Below, in pieces: positions 1-8,874 of a stretch of 33,050 bases of DNA. The notes under the pieces were generated by a model. The model ran no database searches. It was not told the DNA's origin and saw only the letters and a list, made by a program, of their open reading frames with translations. The stretch is from Candidatus Levybacteria bacterium RIFCSPLOWO2_12_FULL_37_14 (lineage in GTDB: Bacteria > Patescibacteriota > Microgenomatia > Levybacterales > UBA12049), in NCBI GenBank assembly GCA_001782645.1, contig MFPH01000034.1, forward strand, positions 1 through 33,050. Reading direction: 5' to 3'. Positions within the stretch are counted from its first letter, which is position 1. Every line of letters begins with the position of its first letter. The position numbers were made by a program, and so were the translations under genes.

Positions 1-471
1 AGATTGGATGAACAGACGGGAATATTAACATATGTTAAGGCAATTGAATTATTAAGAAAAAAAATACCGGATTTTATATTTGAAATAATTGGCGATGGAA
101 AATTCAGGAAAAAAGCTGAGGAGGATTTCATAGTCTTAGGGTTTCAGAAAAACCCCGAAAAATATTTTCAGGATTATAATTTTGCTTTTGTATCCAGATA
201 TTTGTCTATAATGGAAGCAATGACTGCAAAAAGATTGGTATTTGCAGTTTATGATAATCCTCTTAAGGAGGATTATCTTAGGATGGCTCCTTTTTCAAAA
301 TATATTATAATTTTTAATTCTCCATTGGAATTAGTTTCGAAAATTTCTTTTTATATAGAAAATATAAAAGAAAAAGAAAAAATTGTGGAGGAAGCATATG
401 TTTGGGTTAATAAGCATACTTGGGAAAAAATGGTTAATATGTATTTAAAACTTTGGAGCTCAAACCTTTGA
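1..471 (+). CDS. Glycosyltransferase family 4 (GT-B), C-terminal part; 5' end lies outside the window
   Basis: The frame is open from base 1 (R-L-D-E-Q-T-G). It contains GT4 C-terminal motifs 'IIGDG', 'YLSIMEAM' and the terminal helix 'HTWEKMVNMYLKLW'. Confidence 0.8.
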   Translation, partial: RLDEQTGILTYVKAIELLRKKIPDFIFEIIGDGKFRKKAEEDFIVLGFQKNPEKYFQDYNFAFVSRYLSIMEAMTAKRLVFAVYDNPLKEDYLRMAPFSKYIIIFNSPLELVSKISFYIENIKEKEKIVEEAYVWVNKHTWEKMVNMYLKLWSSNL

Positions 472-496
472 CTTGAATAGCTTCATTTGATACGAT
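468..496 (+). promoter_or_regulatory. Putative sigma70 promoter for the methyltransferase pair
   Basis: TTGACT (468-473), a 17-nt spacer, then TACGAT (491-496) preceded by TG-n (extended -10). It ends 27 nt before the ATG at 524. Confidence 0.6.
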
Positions 497-523
497 TGGA
501 ACTTATTAATAGAAACTTAGAAG

Positions 524-1306
524 ATGACCAAAACAGAAAAATACTTCAGAAAATATTTACAGATTGCCCCTCTTTGTGTTGCGCTTTGGAGGTCTGTTGA
601 GGCAAAACACTTGTCAAAAGTAAAATTGCCCCGTCCAATTTTAGACATAGGATGCGGGTGGGGAGAGTTTGCGGAAGCATTTGGAGTAAATATTGACATG
701 GGTATTGACATTGCTTCTAATGACCTGCGCGCTGCTGCGAAGGGGAAGATGTATAAAAATCTTACTCTTGCTGATGCTAGAAATTTACCATTTGCAGAGA
801 ATTCGTACGGATCTGTTTTTTCAATAAGCACATTCGAGCATATTACGGATACCCCAAGCCTTTTGAAAGAGATGCGTAGAGTTCTAAAGCCGGGGGGTAC
901 CCTGGCTATTACGATGGAAACGGATGATGTGGACAAAAATACTTTTTACCGTCCATTTTTAAGAAAAATTGGATTGACAAGATTAAGTAATTGGCTGACA
1001 TGGGCGTACAATACTAAATTTCACCGCAGAACATTACCTTCAAAAGAAAAATGGATAAAAGATATTAAAGCTGCCGGATTTAAAATAGTTTTAGCAAAAA
1101 ATATCATTTCGCCTTTAATTACAAAACTCTACGATATTTTTATTCCCACAGCATTGCCCTCTCAGTTTTTTAGACCATTTATCGGAAGGAGAAAAGTATT
1201 TAGGCCAAAATTTATGGAGGATTTGCTGGTAAAAATATTTTTAAAATACATTGAAAAAGAAGAAAAAATCGGTACTAATCTCTTTATCGTCGCAACAAAA
1301 ATATAG
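524..1306 (+). CDS. Class I SAM-dependent methyltransferase (Methyltransf_11-like)
   Basis: Motif I 'ILDIGCGWG', plus 'ADARNLPF', 'STFEHI' and 'RVLKPGG'. Confidence 0.85.
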   Translation: MTKTEKYFRKYLQIAPLCVALWRSVEAKHLSKVKLPRPILDIGCGWGEFAEAFGVNIDMGIDIASNDLRAAAKGKMYKNLTLADARNLPFAENSYGSVFSISTFEHITDTPSLLKEMRRVLKPGGTLAITMETDDVDKNTFYRPFLRKIGLTRLSNWLTWAYNTKFHRRTLPSKEKWIKDIKAAGFKIVLAKNIISPLITKLYDIFIPTALPSQFFRPFIGRRKVFRPKFMEDLLVKIFLKYIEKEEKIGTNLFIVATKI

Positions 1307-1320
1307 TCAAAAAAATAAAT

Positions 1321-2226
1321 ATGAAAAAAATAAACGAAGTTGGATTAAGCGCATGTCCGGTTTGCCTGTCTAAGAATACGTATGAATTATATCCTGCCAA
1401 CGTAGATCTAAAAAAAATAATGTTTACGTATGAATTTACTCCGCAATCTCAAAAGACATTCCGTGTGGCTCGTTGCCGTAAGTGTACTCATGCATTCTGT
1501 TCTCCATTGCCCATGAATATGTATAAAAATTACGAAGATGTAATTGATAAGGAATATCTTCGTCATTCGCAAACTCGAAGATTATCTTCGCAATCGGTAT
1601 TAGATATTATCCGTAACTATGCTTCTGGGGAAAAAATGTTTGATATAGGCTGCGCTACGGGAGATTTTTTATCAGTAGCAAAAAGTTTCGGATATTCCGC
1701 TGAAGGACTTGAATTGTCTCGCTGGTCTGCAGAAATCGCTCGTAAAAAAGACATAACAGTTTACATGGACAGACTAAAAGTACTTGCTCAGAAATTTCCA
1801 GCGAGATATGACATTGTTACGATGTGGGGAGTTATTGAGCATTTTCAATTTCCTCGAGATGAAATGCTTTGTATCAATAGACTTCTTAAACCAGGAGGAT
1901 TATTGGTGATTTGGACAGGAAATATTGATGGAATAATGAGTCGCATTCTGGGTAGGCGCTGGTGGTATTGGCAAGGTCAGCATATTCAATATTTTACCAG
2001 TAGAAGTCTTAATAGCTTAGCTTCTTTGTTTGATTTTGAACATCTTATTACAAAACGTTATCCTATCGCTGCTACGTATGAACAAGTGAACAATTCTTTA
2101 AAAAGATATAAATTCCATAAATACCTGATGCCCTTAATCAAGCTTCTCTTCCTAATAAAGCCCATATGGTATCTCCGTTTGCCAGGGGAAATGTTGTGGC
2201 TAGGCCGTAAAGCGTTTGATAAGTAA
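1321..2226 (+). CDS. Class I SAM-dependent methyltransferase with N-terminal Zn-ribbon (Methyltransf_23-like, glycan-locus type)
   Basis: N-terminal CPVC...CRKC; 'FDIGCATG', 'GLELS', 'DIVTMWGVIEH', 'LLKPGG' and 'QHIQYF'. Confidence 0.85.
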   Translation: MKKINEVGLSACPVCLSKNTYELYPANVDLKKIMFTYEFTPQSQKTFRVARCRKCTHAFCSPLPMNMYKNYEDVIDKEYLRHSQTRRLSSQSVLDIIRNYASGEKMFDIGCATGDFLSVAKSFGYSAEGLELSRWSAEIARKKDITVYMDRLKVLAQKFPARYDIVTMWGVIEHFQFPRDEMLCINRLLKPGGLLVIWTGNIDGIMSRILGRRWWYWQGQHIQYFTSRSLNSLASLFDFEHLITKRYPIAATYEQVNNSLKRYKFHKYLMPLIKLLFLIKPIWYLRLPGEMLWLGRKAFDK

Positions 2227-3945
2227 AATGTAGATAAGTACAATTATTAAAATAGAAAAGATTGCGATGCTTATAGTTTTGGCAATTTTATACGGCAAAA
2301 TGTCTTCGTATTTAAGTTCCAAATATTGTATTCCGCTAGGAAGATTTGCATAAATTAACCCTCTTTTTCCAGGGTAAACAAATATGTCATTAAAATTGCT
2401 TTTGAGTTTCCATCCGGGGTAATACAGCGTGTTTTCTTTTATGACAATTGGCGTTTGTGCATTGACAATATAATTATGCTGAGTTGATTTTCTTTTTATT
2501 TCCCTAACCGTTCCTTTTCCTTGAATAATTTCTAAATGATCGTTTGGGATTTTAGAAAACCAAAAGTTATTTATGTCCGCCCACCTATTATTTAAAAAAT
2601 AGGCCGTTGTACCTTCTGTTACTGTGCTAATCCAAACGTTCTTCCTAAGTGTATAGTCATTAATTTCCGTAATTAACCTTCGATGTCCCCAGTTTAAGAT
2701 TGTATACCCGATTGTAATTACAATAAGCAAGTAAATAAATATTTTTTTTCTCTGGGTATCAGAAAAAGAAATCGCCAAATATCCCGCAAGTACGGATGTA
2801 GATAGGGCTATAGGTAGCAACAATCGGTGACTTTGCAACATTGAAAGAGAAGGAAATTGAAACCAAATTCTCTTTGAATATGGCGACATAAAGAACAGTA
2901 TTAAAAAGAATATTAATAACCAAAATAGATAGGATGGATTTATTTTTTTTGATATATAATTTTTTTTTAGTAAAAATATTGCAAATACGACAACGAATAC
3001 TTGAGTATATCCGATAATCGGGGCAAATTCTCCGTTTGGTCCCTGAAAGAGAAAACCATATCTCCAAGGTGAGTAGAATATTTTGGAAAATGTATCCTGA
3101 AAAATTATTCCTCCGGGATTAGGAAATGTATACGCAGAAAATAAAATATAAGATACCCATGAGTAAATGGCTCCTATGATTCCTATGGACATGAAGACTA
3201 TCGTAATGAAAACACTCTTTAAACCCTTTTTAATATTTATCATCGACAAGACAAATAGACTGGCTATTCCAGTAAATATGCCTGCTATCATAGGATGCGC
3301 AAGAAATAATAGCTGCGACATCAATGCAATTAGCGCTAAATATGTAAATTTTTTCTTTTTTATATATTTTGTAATAAAATAGAAAAGTAACGGCACTAGC
3401 GTAAAAATAGTAGATTCGCCTAAAGTTGCTCTAAAGTGAACATCGATTAGGTGATAAGGATTGAAAATATAAAAGATAGCGGATGTAAATGCGGCAAGTT
3501 TGTTTCCAGTTAATTCTTTTATCCATAAATACATAAATATTCCGGACAAATATAAAGTTAAACCAAGATAAAGTTTCATACTGCTTATAAAGCTGATTCC
3601 TATAAAGTGAAATAAAGAGATAATATAGTAGGGAAGAGAGTAATTAAAAATAAAAAGTGGATTTCCGTAGGTCGCATTAAGTTCTGCTGCCCAAGACGGC
3701 ATTATAATTCCTTCCTTAAGTGAATCGTAAAAGGACATTATTCTATAAATGTGAATATTGAAATCTCCGGACTCATAATCACCATTTCTAAATATGCTTA
3801 TAATTGGCAGTATCGAGATTAGTATTAGTAGAAAGAATAGGTTGATTTTTTTCTTTGGGAAAATGAATTTATAGAACAATAAGCCGCCCAATAATGCTAA
3901 CGAGGACATAATGTTGATAAAGACCATTCTATATGGATCCAGCAT
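2200..3945 (-). CDS. GT-C-fold membrane protein ('6-pyruvoyl-tetrahydropterin synthase-related'/YfhO-like), putative lipid-linked-sugar glycosyltransferase
   Basis: 'SGDFNIHIYR...GIIMPSWAAELNATYGNPLFIFNYSLPYY', many TM segments and a YfhO-like C-terminus 'NTLYYPGW'. I moved the start from 4110 to the ATG at 3945 (MLDPYR) because the longer ORF overlaps the divergent gene. Confidence 0.75.
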   Translation of the reverse strand: MLDPYRMVFINIMSSLALLGGLLFYKFIFPKKKINLFFLLILISILPIISIFRNGDYESGDFNIHIYRIMSFYDSLKEGIIMPSWAAELNATYGNPLFIFNYSLPYYIISLFHFIGISFISSMKLYLGLTLYLSGIFMYLWIKELTGNKLAAFTSAIFYIFNPYHLIDVHFRATLGESTIFTLVPLLFYFITKYIKKKKFTYLALIALMSQLLFLAHPMIAGIFTGIASLFVLSMINIKKGLKSVFITIVFMSIGIIGAIYSWVSYILFSAYTFPNPGGIIFQDTFSKIFYSPWRYGFLFQGPNGEFAPIIGYTQVFVVVFAIFLLKKNYISKKINPSYLFWLLIFFLILFFMSPYSKRIWFQFPSLSMLQSHRLLLPIALSTSVLAGYLAISFSDTQRKKIFIYLLIVITIGYTILNWGHRRLITEINDYTLRKNVWISTVTEGTTAYFLNNRWADINNFWFSKIPNDHLEIIQGKGTVREIKRKSTQHNYIVNAQTPIVIKENTLYYPGWKLKSNFNDIFVYPGKRGLIYANLPSGIQYLELKYEDILPYKIAKTISIAIFSILIIVLIYILLIKRFTA

Positions 3946-3947
3946 GA

Positions 3948-3957
3948 TGATATAATA
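3948..3957. promoter_or_regulatory. Bidirectional overlapping -10 elements
   Basis: On the + strand TG-A-TATAAT (3948-3956). On the - strand TATTAT (3957-3952), 6 nt before the ATG at 3945. Confidence 0.55.
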
Positions 3958-3982
3958 TAATCTACTCAAGAAAAGAACAAGT

Positions 3983-6565
3983 ATGAAGGTGTCTTTTGTT
4001 GCAACAGTCTTTAATGAGGAAAAAACAATTGGGGATTTTCTAAAGTCTATTTTTTGGCAATCACGAATTCCTGATGAAATTATTATTGTCGATGGGACGA
4101 GCAGCGACAAAACGGTCGCTAAAATTAAAAATGCAATATTAAAAATTAAAAATTACAATGTAAAATTTAAAATTCTGATAAAGAAAGGGAATAGGGCGGT
4201 TGGGAGGAATGAGGCAATTAAGCAGGCGAGTAATGAAATTATAGTTTGTTCTGATGCCGGGTGCATTCTTGATAAGAATTGGGTAAAAAATATTATCGTT
4301 CCCTTCAATGATTTAAGAGTTGATGTTGTTGCCGGATATTATAAGGGAAGGCCAAAAACGATTTTCCAAAAATGTCTGATTCCTTATGTTTTGGTGATGG
4401 AAGACAAACTTAATTCCTTGGAATTCTTACCGGCTTCAAGATCAATGGCTTTTAGAAAATCTATTTGGGAAAAAGTTAAAGGATTTGATGAAGCATATTC
4501 TCATAATGAAGATTATGTTTTTGCTCACAAACTCAAAGAGATTGGAGCGCATATTTTTTTTGAAAAAAAAGCTATTGTAAGTTGGATTCCAAGAAATACT
4601 TTTAGAAGTGCGTTTAAAATGTTTTTCCGTTTTGCATTTGGAGATAGCGAAAGCGGCATTTTTAGAGATAAGGCAATTTTAGTATTCGTTCGGTATTTTT
4701 TTAGTTTATATCTTTTGTGGTTAGCTTCTGTAGAAAAATCACTAGTTCTCTGGGTTGGTATTGTTTTAGGATTATTTATTTATATTTTCTGGTCAATAAA
4801 AAAGAATTATAAATACATTAATAATAAGAAAGCATTTGTTGTCTTACCTCTCTTGCAAGTTGTTTCTGACTTAGCCGTTTTAACAGGGACAAGTTTTGGC
4901 ATAATTAAATCTATCTTAAAAATTAATTATAAAAGGGTTTTAAAAAACAATTTAGTGTTAATAATTTTATTAATAATTTATGTTTTGACAATGCTGTCAG
5001 TGATCGCGTCGGGAATTCCAAATCAAACACATCCGTTTCCATATCATATGGATGAGTGGCATCAGCTATCCGCAGTAAGAAATGTGTTTAAGTTTGGTTC
5101 GCCCAATTTGGCAGGTTCTGCAAATGGAACAATGTTTCATTTTTTTGTTTCAGGAATACTCCTTATTCCTTTTTATATAACAAAAGTTATAAATCCCTTT
5201 GTCATAAAATCTTCAGTAGATTCCCTTTTGGATCAGGAAAGATTATTTATTGTGCTAAGGCTTACCACGCTTTTTTTTGGAATTCTGACTTTAAGTATCT
5301 TGTCAAAAATCGCAAAGCTTTTAAAATTAAACTCATCTTTAATAGTTATTCTATTCCTTTTCACGCCTGTTTGGTTAGTTTTAAGTAATTTTTTTAAATA
5401 TGATATAGCTTTGACTTTTTGGATTACATTATCATTCTATTATTTTTTAAAATATGCTTTTTTTCCAAAATTTAGGAATTTTCTTTTTGCCTGCTTTTTT
5501 TCCGGAATAGCGTTCTCTGTAAAAGTAAGCGCCTTACCTTTATTGCCAATTATTTTAATATCATATTTTCTCTTTGCTCCGGAATTTAATAAAAATTACC
5601 GTTATTTATTTATTGGAATTTTAATATTTTTATTCAATTCCGTATTTCTGGGCTTGCCGGATATAATTTTTGCTGGAAAAAGTATGTATCTATATCTTTA
5701 TGAAAATATAATCGGATCATCTAAAATTATAGGAAATTATAATTTGGGAGGTTCACTTTTAAATTTAACTTTATTGCATAAGTTGCCGGCCATTTTTGGG
5801 CACATCTCATACGCTCTTAATATTTTTGCATTTTTTTATGTATCAGTCTTGACATTTGTAGATCTAAGAAATAAGAAATATCATGATTTCAAAATTAAGC
5901 TATTCATAATGATATCTTTTATTATTTTTTCCTTAAGCTTTATTCCGCTTGGAATAACAATAAGCGCGAATAGGTTAGTAATTTTGCTTCCCCTAGCGGT
6001 TTTAATTGTTGGAACAGCTTTCAAAAATTTAATTAATTTATTAAAAAATAGACCTGTTTTAAAAAACGTATTTATAATACTCTTAGTTATTATTTCGTCG
6101 ATTCAAGTATTTGAATCCTACTTGTGGATTAATCTTAAAATTGCCCCCTCACCCCAGCAGCTTTCATCCAGGTGGATAATGAAAAATGTTCAAAAAAATT
6201 CGAATATAGGACTAGAAAATATACCAATTTATCAATTTGAACCGGATTTTATTCTGAAAGAATTCTACAATAAACAATATAATTCAAACACTAGAACGAA
6301 ATATAATTATTTCATCATAAATAAAGATACAAAAAATTTACCTAAATATATTGTAATTTCAAATATTAATTACGAGAAAAAATATTTAAAAACATCTATA
6401 AAAAACGAATTAGTAAATAGAATTAGTAAAGAAGGGTATAGGGAAATTGCATATTTTCCATTAACATTGCCCGCATATCGGTATTTTGACGGTTATTTTT
6501 ATTATCCATATGTAGGTTTATTTGCATACCCTGATGGAATATCAATATTTGAAAAAAAGAAATGA
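3983..6565 (+). CDS. GT2 glycosyltransferase fused to a GT-C (PMT/ArnT-like) membrane domain
   Basis: N-terminal GT2: 'VATVFNEE', 'IIIVDGTSSD', 'SDAGC', 'HNED'. After about residue 320 there is a polytopic domain with the first-loop acidic motif 'YHMDE' and a soluble C-terminal tail. Confidence 0.8.
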   Translation: MKVSFVATVFNEEKTIGDFLKSIFWQSRIPDEIIIVDGTSSDKTVAKIKNAILKIKNYNVKFKILIKKGNRAVGRNEAIKQASNEIIVCSDAGCILDKNWVKNIIVPFNDLRVDVVAGYYKGRPKTIFQKCLIPYVLVMEDKLNSLEFLPASRSMAFRKSIWEKVKGFDEAYSHNEDYVFAHKLKEIGAHIFFEKKAIVSWIPRNTFRSAFKMFFRFAFGDSESGIFRDKAILVFVRYFFSLYLLWLASVEKSLVLWVGIVLGLFIYIFWSIKKNYKYINNKKAFVVLPLLQVVSDLAVLTGTSFGIIKSILKINYKRVLKNNLVLIILLIIYVLTMLSVIASGIPNQTHPFPYHMDEWHQLSAVRNVFKFGSPNLAGSANGTMFHFFVSGILLIPFYITKVINPFVIKSSVDSLLDQERLFIVLRLTTLFFGILTLSILSKIAKLLKLNSSLIVILFLFTPVWLVLSNFFKYDIALTFWITLSFYYFLKYAFFPKFRNFLFACFFSGIAFSVKVSALPLLPIILISYFLFAPEFNKNYRYLFIGILIFLFNSVFLGLPDIIFAGKSMYLYLYENIIGSSKIIGNYNLGGSLLNLTLLHKLPAIFGHISYALNIFAFFYVSVLTFVDLRNKKYHDFKIKLFIMISFIIFSLSFIPLGITISANRLVILLPLAVLIVGTAFKNLINLLKNRPVLKNVFIILLVIISSIQVFESYLWINLKIAPSPQQLSSRWIMKNVQKNSNIGLENIPIYQFEPDFILKEFYNKQYNSNTRTKYNYFIINKDTKNLPKYIVISNINYEKKYLKTSIKNELVNRISKEGYREIAYFPLTLPAYRYFDGYFYYPYVGLFAYPDGISIFEKKK
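4120..4174 (+). repeat. Degenerate 7-bp tandem repeat, in frame inside the GT2 domain
   Basis: Parses as taaaatt-aaaaatg-caatatt-aaaaatt-aaaaatt-acaatg-taaaatt-taaaatt and encodes KIKNAILKIKNYNVKFKI. Confidence 0.5.
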
Positions 6566-6834
6566 ACTTGCTTTTAAAAATAGCCAAATCTAATTTTGGG
6601 AAAATTGTTCTGAAATCTCTGTCGATTTCGACTCTTATAATATTCGTTCTTATGTTTTATTTTAAAAAAATAAGAACGCTTTTCCCTATTCCTGAAATAA
6701 ATAGCGATAAGCTGATAGGATTTGCGCAATATTATGGGTATCCGTTCTATTTTGATACTATTTTTTTCTTCTTCTTAATTTTTCTTCCTGTTCTAGTTTT
6801 TATAGTTGTTTATCTGCTGAGTAAAAACAAATGA
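6562..6834 (+). CDS. Small 2-TM membrane protein of unknown function
   Basis: 90 aa with two hydrophobic segments around the loop 'PIPEINSDKLIGFAQYYGYP'. It has ATGA overlaps with both neighbours. Confidence 0.7.
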   Translation: MNLLLKIAKSNFGKIVLKSLSISTLIIFVLMFYFKKIRTLFPIPEINSDKLIGFAQYYGYPFYFDTIFFFFLIFLPVLVFIVVYLLSKNK

Positions 6835-8840
6835 AATACCTACTAGGTTTGATAAATAAAAATAAGGATTACTTAATAATATTAATTTTATCTTTTTTTC
6901 TATCAGCATCTTACATAGTAGATATTTGTAGCGGATATTTAAATTATTATAATTTTGATTTACAGGAGTTTTTGTTGTGGCATTATACGTCTTTAAGCGG
7001 TAGTTTTCCCTATAAGGATATTTTTTATCCTTATGGTCTACTTAACTATTTTAAATATTATAATTTAGCTCTTACGTTTATATATTATTTAATTATTCCA
7101 CTCTTGTTTACTTTTATTTATTTTATATTTAAAAAAGTCTTTAAAGACAAATTATCTTTGTTTTTCTCTTTTATTTTCTTTTACGTATTCGTATTAATTA
7201 TTGTGGGATTTCCAGCATTTGCCAGATACGGATTATTAGTGGTAATTTCATTAATCTTTTCGTGCATATTTTATTCAAATACAAAGAGTACAAAAATAAA
7301 AACATTTACATTATTTGTCTGCGGAATGATTCTAGGTTTATTCTTTACTGTAATAAATGATCAGGGTGCTTACTTAGTATTATATTTTATTTCCTTATTT
7401 ATATTCAGCAAATTACTACAGGCAAGAAAAATAAATTTTTTACTACAAAATTTTTTCATCCAAACTATCGAACAAAGCATAGCGGTACTTTTTGGATTTT
7501 TTATAAGCATGATTCCTGTATTTCTAATCCTACAACATTTTGGTAGTTTTTATAGCTTTTTTACATATTTTAAAGACGTAATAGATATCGTTATGGTGGC
7601 AAAAACACCATTCTTCTCATTCATAGATTCTCCGGCAAATATTTTTACCGTATCAATCTTATTTTTCGCAATATTCTATAATTTTATTAAGTTATTTTTT
7701 TTCAAACACAAATTTACATTCTCTTCATTTCTTCAGACATCCTTAATTATAACAATTTTGATCATGGAGCAAAAAAGCATTATCAGATCAATAGATAGGC
7801 AAATTACTTTTGTCTCTCTGATTCTTTTGATGTTTATAGCTTATGAACTAACTAATATGCTTATAAATAAAAATCAAAATAGAAAAATTATTTATATAAT
7901 TATTATAACCGTAGCTACGCTTGTATACGGTTTTAACGTGGAACGCCCTATAAATAATTTTTCGTACTTGTTTAATAGCTACGAACTTTTAACGAGAAAT
8001 AGGTGTTTTGATAATAATTTAAAGTTTTTTTCGACAAATAATCCGTCTTATGCAAAAATTATTAATTTGTTAAGAAAGCAAAAGGGTTTTAACAATAAAG
8101 TATTTAGTTTTTCAACCGGAGATTCAGCGTTTTATGTTCTATTAAATCAAAAACCCCCTTATTACAATGCGATTTTCGAAGGAGCATCTTATGGTAACCA
8201 GAATCTTGCTATTAAATATATGCGAGATAATGAAATTGAATACGTCACGTTAAATACGAGTAAATTGTCCGTTCAAGACACAGTTCCAGATTATATAAGA
8301 CAAGGTTTTCTTTTTAAATATATTTTAAATAATTATCAGCCATTTGCGGTAATTGGTGATCATATAATATTAAAAAAAGCGCAAAATAATGATTTTTTTG
8401 CTTCTAAAATATTAGAACAAGTAGAAGACTACAAAAACTATTTGCTTGACGTTTATTTATATAAAATTCCTCACTCTGAAGGATTATACAAATATAATTA
8501 TTTAAAGAATAATAATAAGATAATTATTGAAGGGAGCATTGATAAGATTAATTCATTTTTGAAGAAAAATAATTTGTCTTCGAGTAGTAAGATTATTGTT
8601 CTTAACTCCAGTACGGTAAATAAATCAGGAAGCTTAATCTTTATAGAATTTGAAACAAAAAATGGTAACTCTACAACTGTTTATTTTAATCCTTGCAATA
8701 AAAATGAAGTGTGCATTATTAATCTTTCAAGAATTCCTTTCTTTTACAAAGAAAGATTGGTGGAAAAAATCATTGCAGATAAAGAATATAAAGGCGAAAT
8801 AAGGATTTTTGATCTTAAAAATTCAGGAAATTTATGGTAG
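6831..8840 (+). CDS. Polytopic membrane protein, probable GT-C glycosyltransferase
   Basis: First loop 'NFDLQE...GSFPYKDIFYPYG' resembles the G-x-x-P-Y-x-D...Y-P motif of GT-C/GT87-like proteins. Many TM segments and a large soluble C-terminal domain follow. Confidence 0.6.
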   Translation: MKYLLGLINKNKDYLIILILSFFLSASYIVDICSGYLNYYNFDLQEFLLWHYTSLSGSFPYKDIFYPYGLLNYFKYYNLALTFIYYLIIPLLFTFIYFIFKKVFKDKLSLFFSFIFFYVFVLIIVGFPAFARYGLLVVISLIFSCIFYSNTKSTKIKTFTLFVCGMILGLFFTVINDQGAYLVLYFISLFIFSKLLQARKINFLLQNFFIQTIEQSIAVLFGFFISMIPVFLILQHFGSFYSFFTYFKDVIDIVMVAKTPFFSFIDSPANIFTVSILFFAIFYNFIKLFFFKHKFTFSSFLQTSLIITILIMEQKSIIRSIDRQITFVSLILLMFIAYELTNMLINKNQNRKIIYIIIITVATLVYGFNVERPINNFSYLFNSYELLTRNRCFDNNLKFFSTNNPSYAKIINLLRKQKGFNNKVFSFSTGDSAFYVLLNQKPPYYNAIFEGASYGNQNLAIKYMRDNEIEYVTLNTSKLSVQDTVPDYIRQGFLFKYILNNYQPFAVIGDHIILKKAQNNDFFASKILEQVEDYKNYLLDVYLYKIPHSEGLYKYNYLKNNNKIIIEGSIDKINSFLKKNNLSSSSKIIVLNSSTVNKSGSLIFIEFETKNGNSTTVYFNPCNKNEVCIINLSRIPFFYKERLVEKIIADKEYKGEIRIFDLKNSGNLW

Positions 8841-8853
8841 TAAATTTTCCGTG

Positions 8854-8862
8854 TGTTATAAT
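8854..8862 (+). promoter_or_regulatory. Extended -10 promoter upstream of the flippase
   Basis: TG-T-TATAAT, 12 nt before the ATG at 8875. GAGGT lies at 8865-8869. Confidence 0.55.
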
Positions 8863-8874
8863 TTGAGGTAATTA

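Noticed and set aside
2200..3945. Pterin/queuosine biosynthesis implied by the '6-pyruvoyl-tetrahydropterin synthase-related' family name
   Set aside because: The protein is a polytopic GT-C-like membrane protein with no T-fold PTPS motifs, so the label is misleading.
3946..4110. 55-aa N-terminal extension of the 636-aa minus ORF
   Set aside because: It is antisense to the conserved GT2 N-terminus, and the ATG at 3945 has a well-placed -10 element.
4554..4570. T8/A8 homopolymers as phase-variation tracts
   Set aside because: Such runs are expected at this AT content, the frames are intact, a 9-nt run also occurs in atpA (30310-30318), and there are no long G/C tracts.
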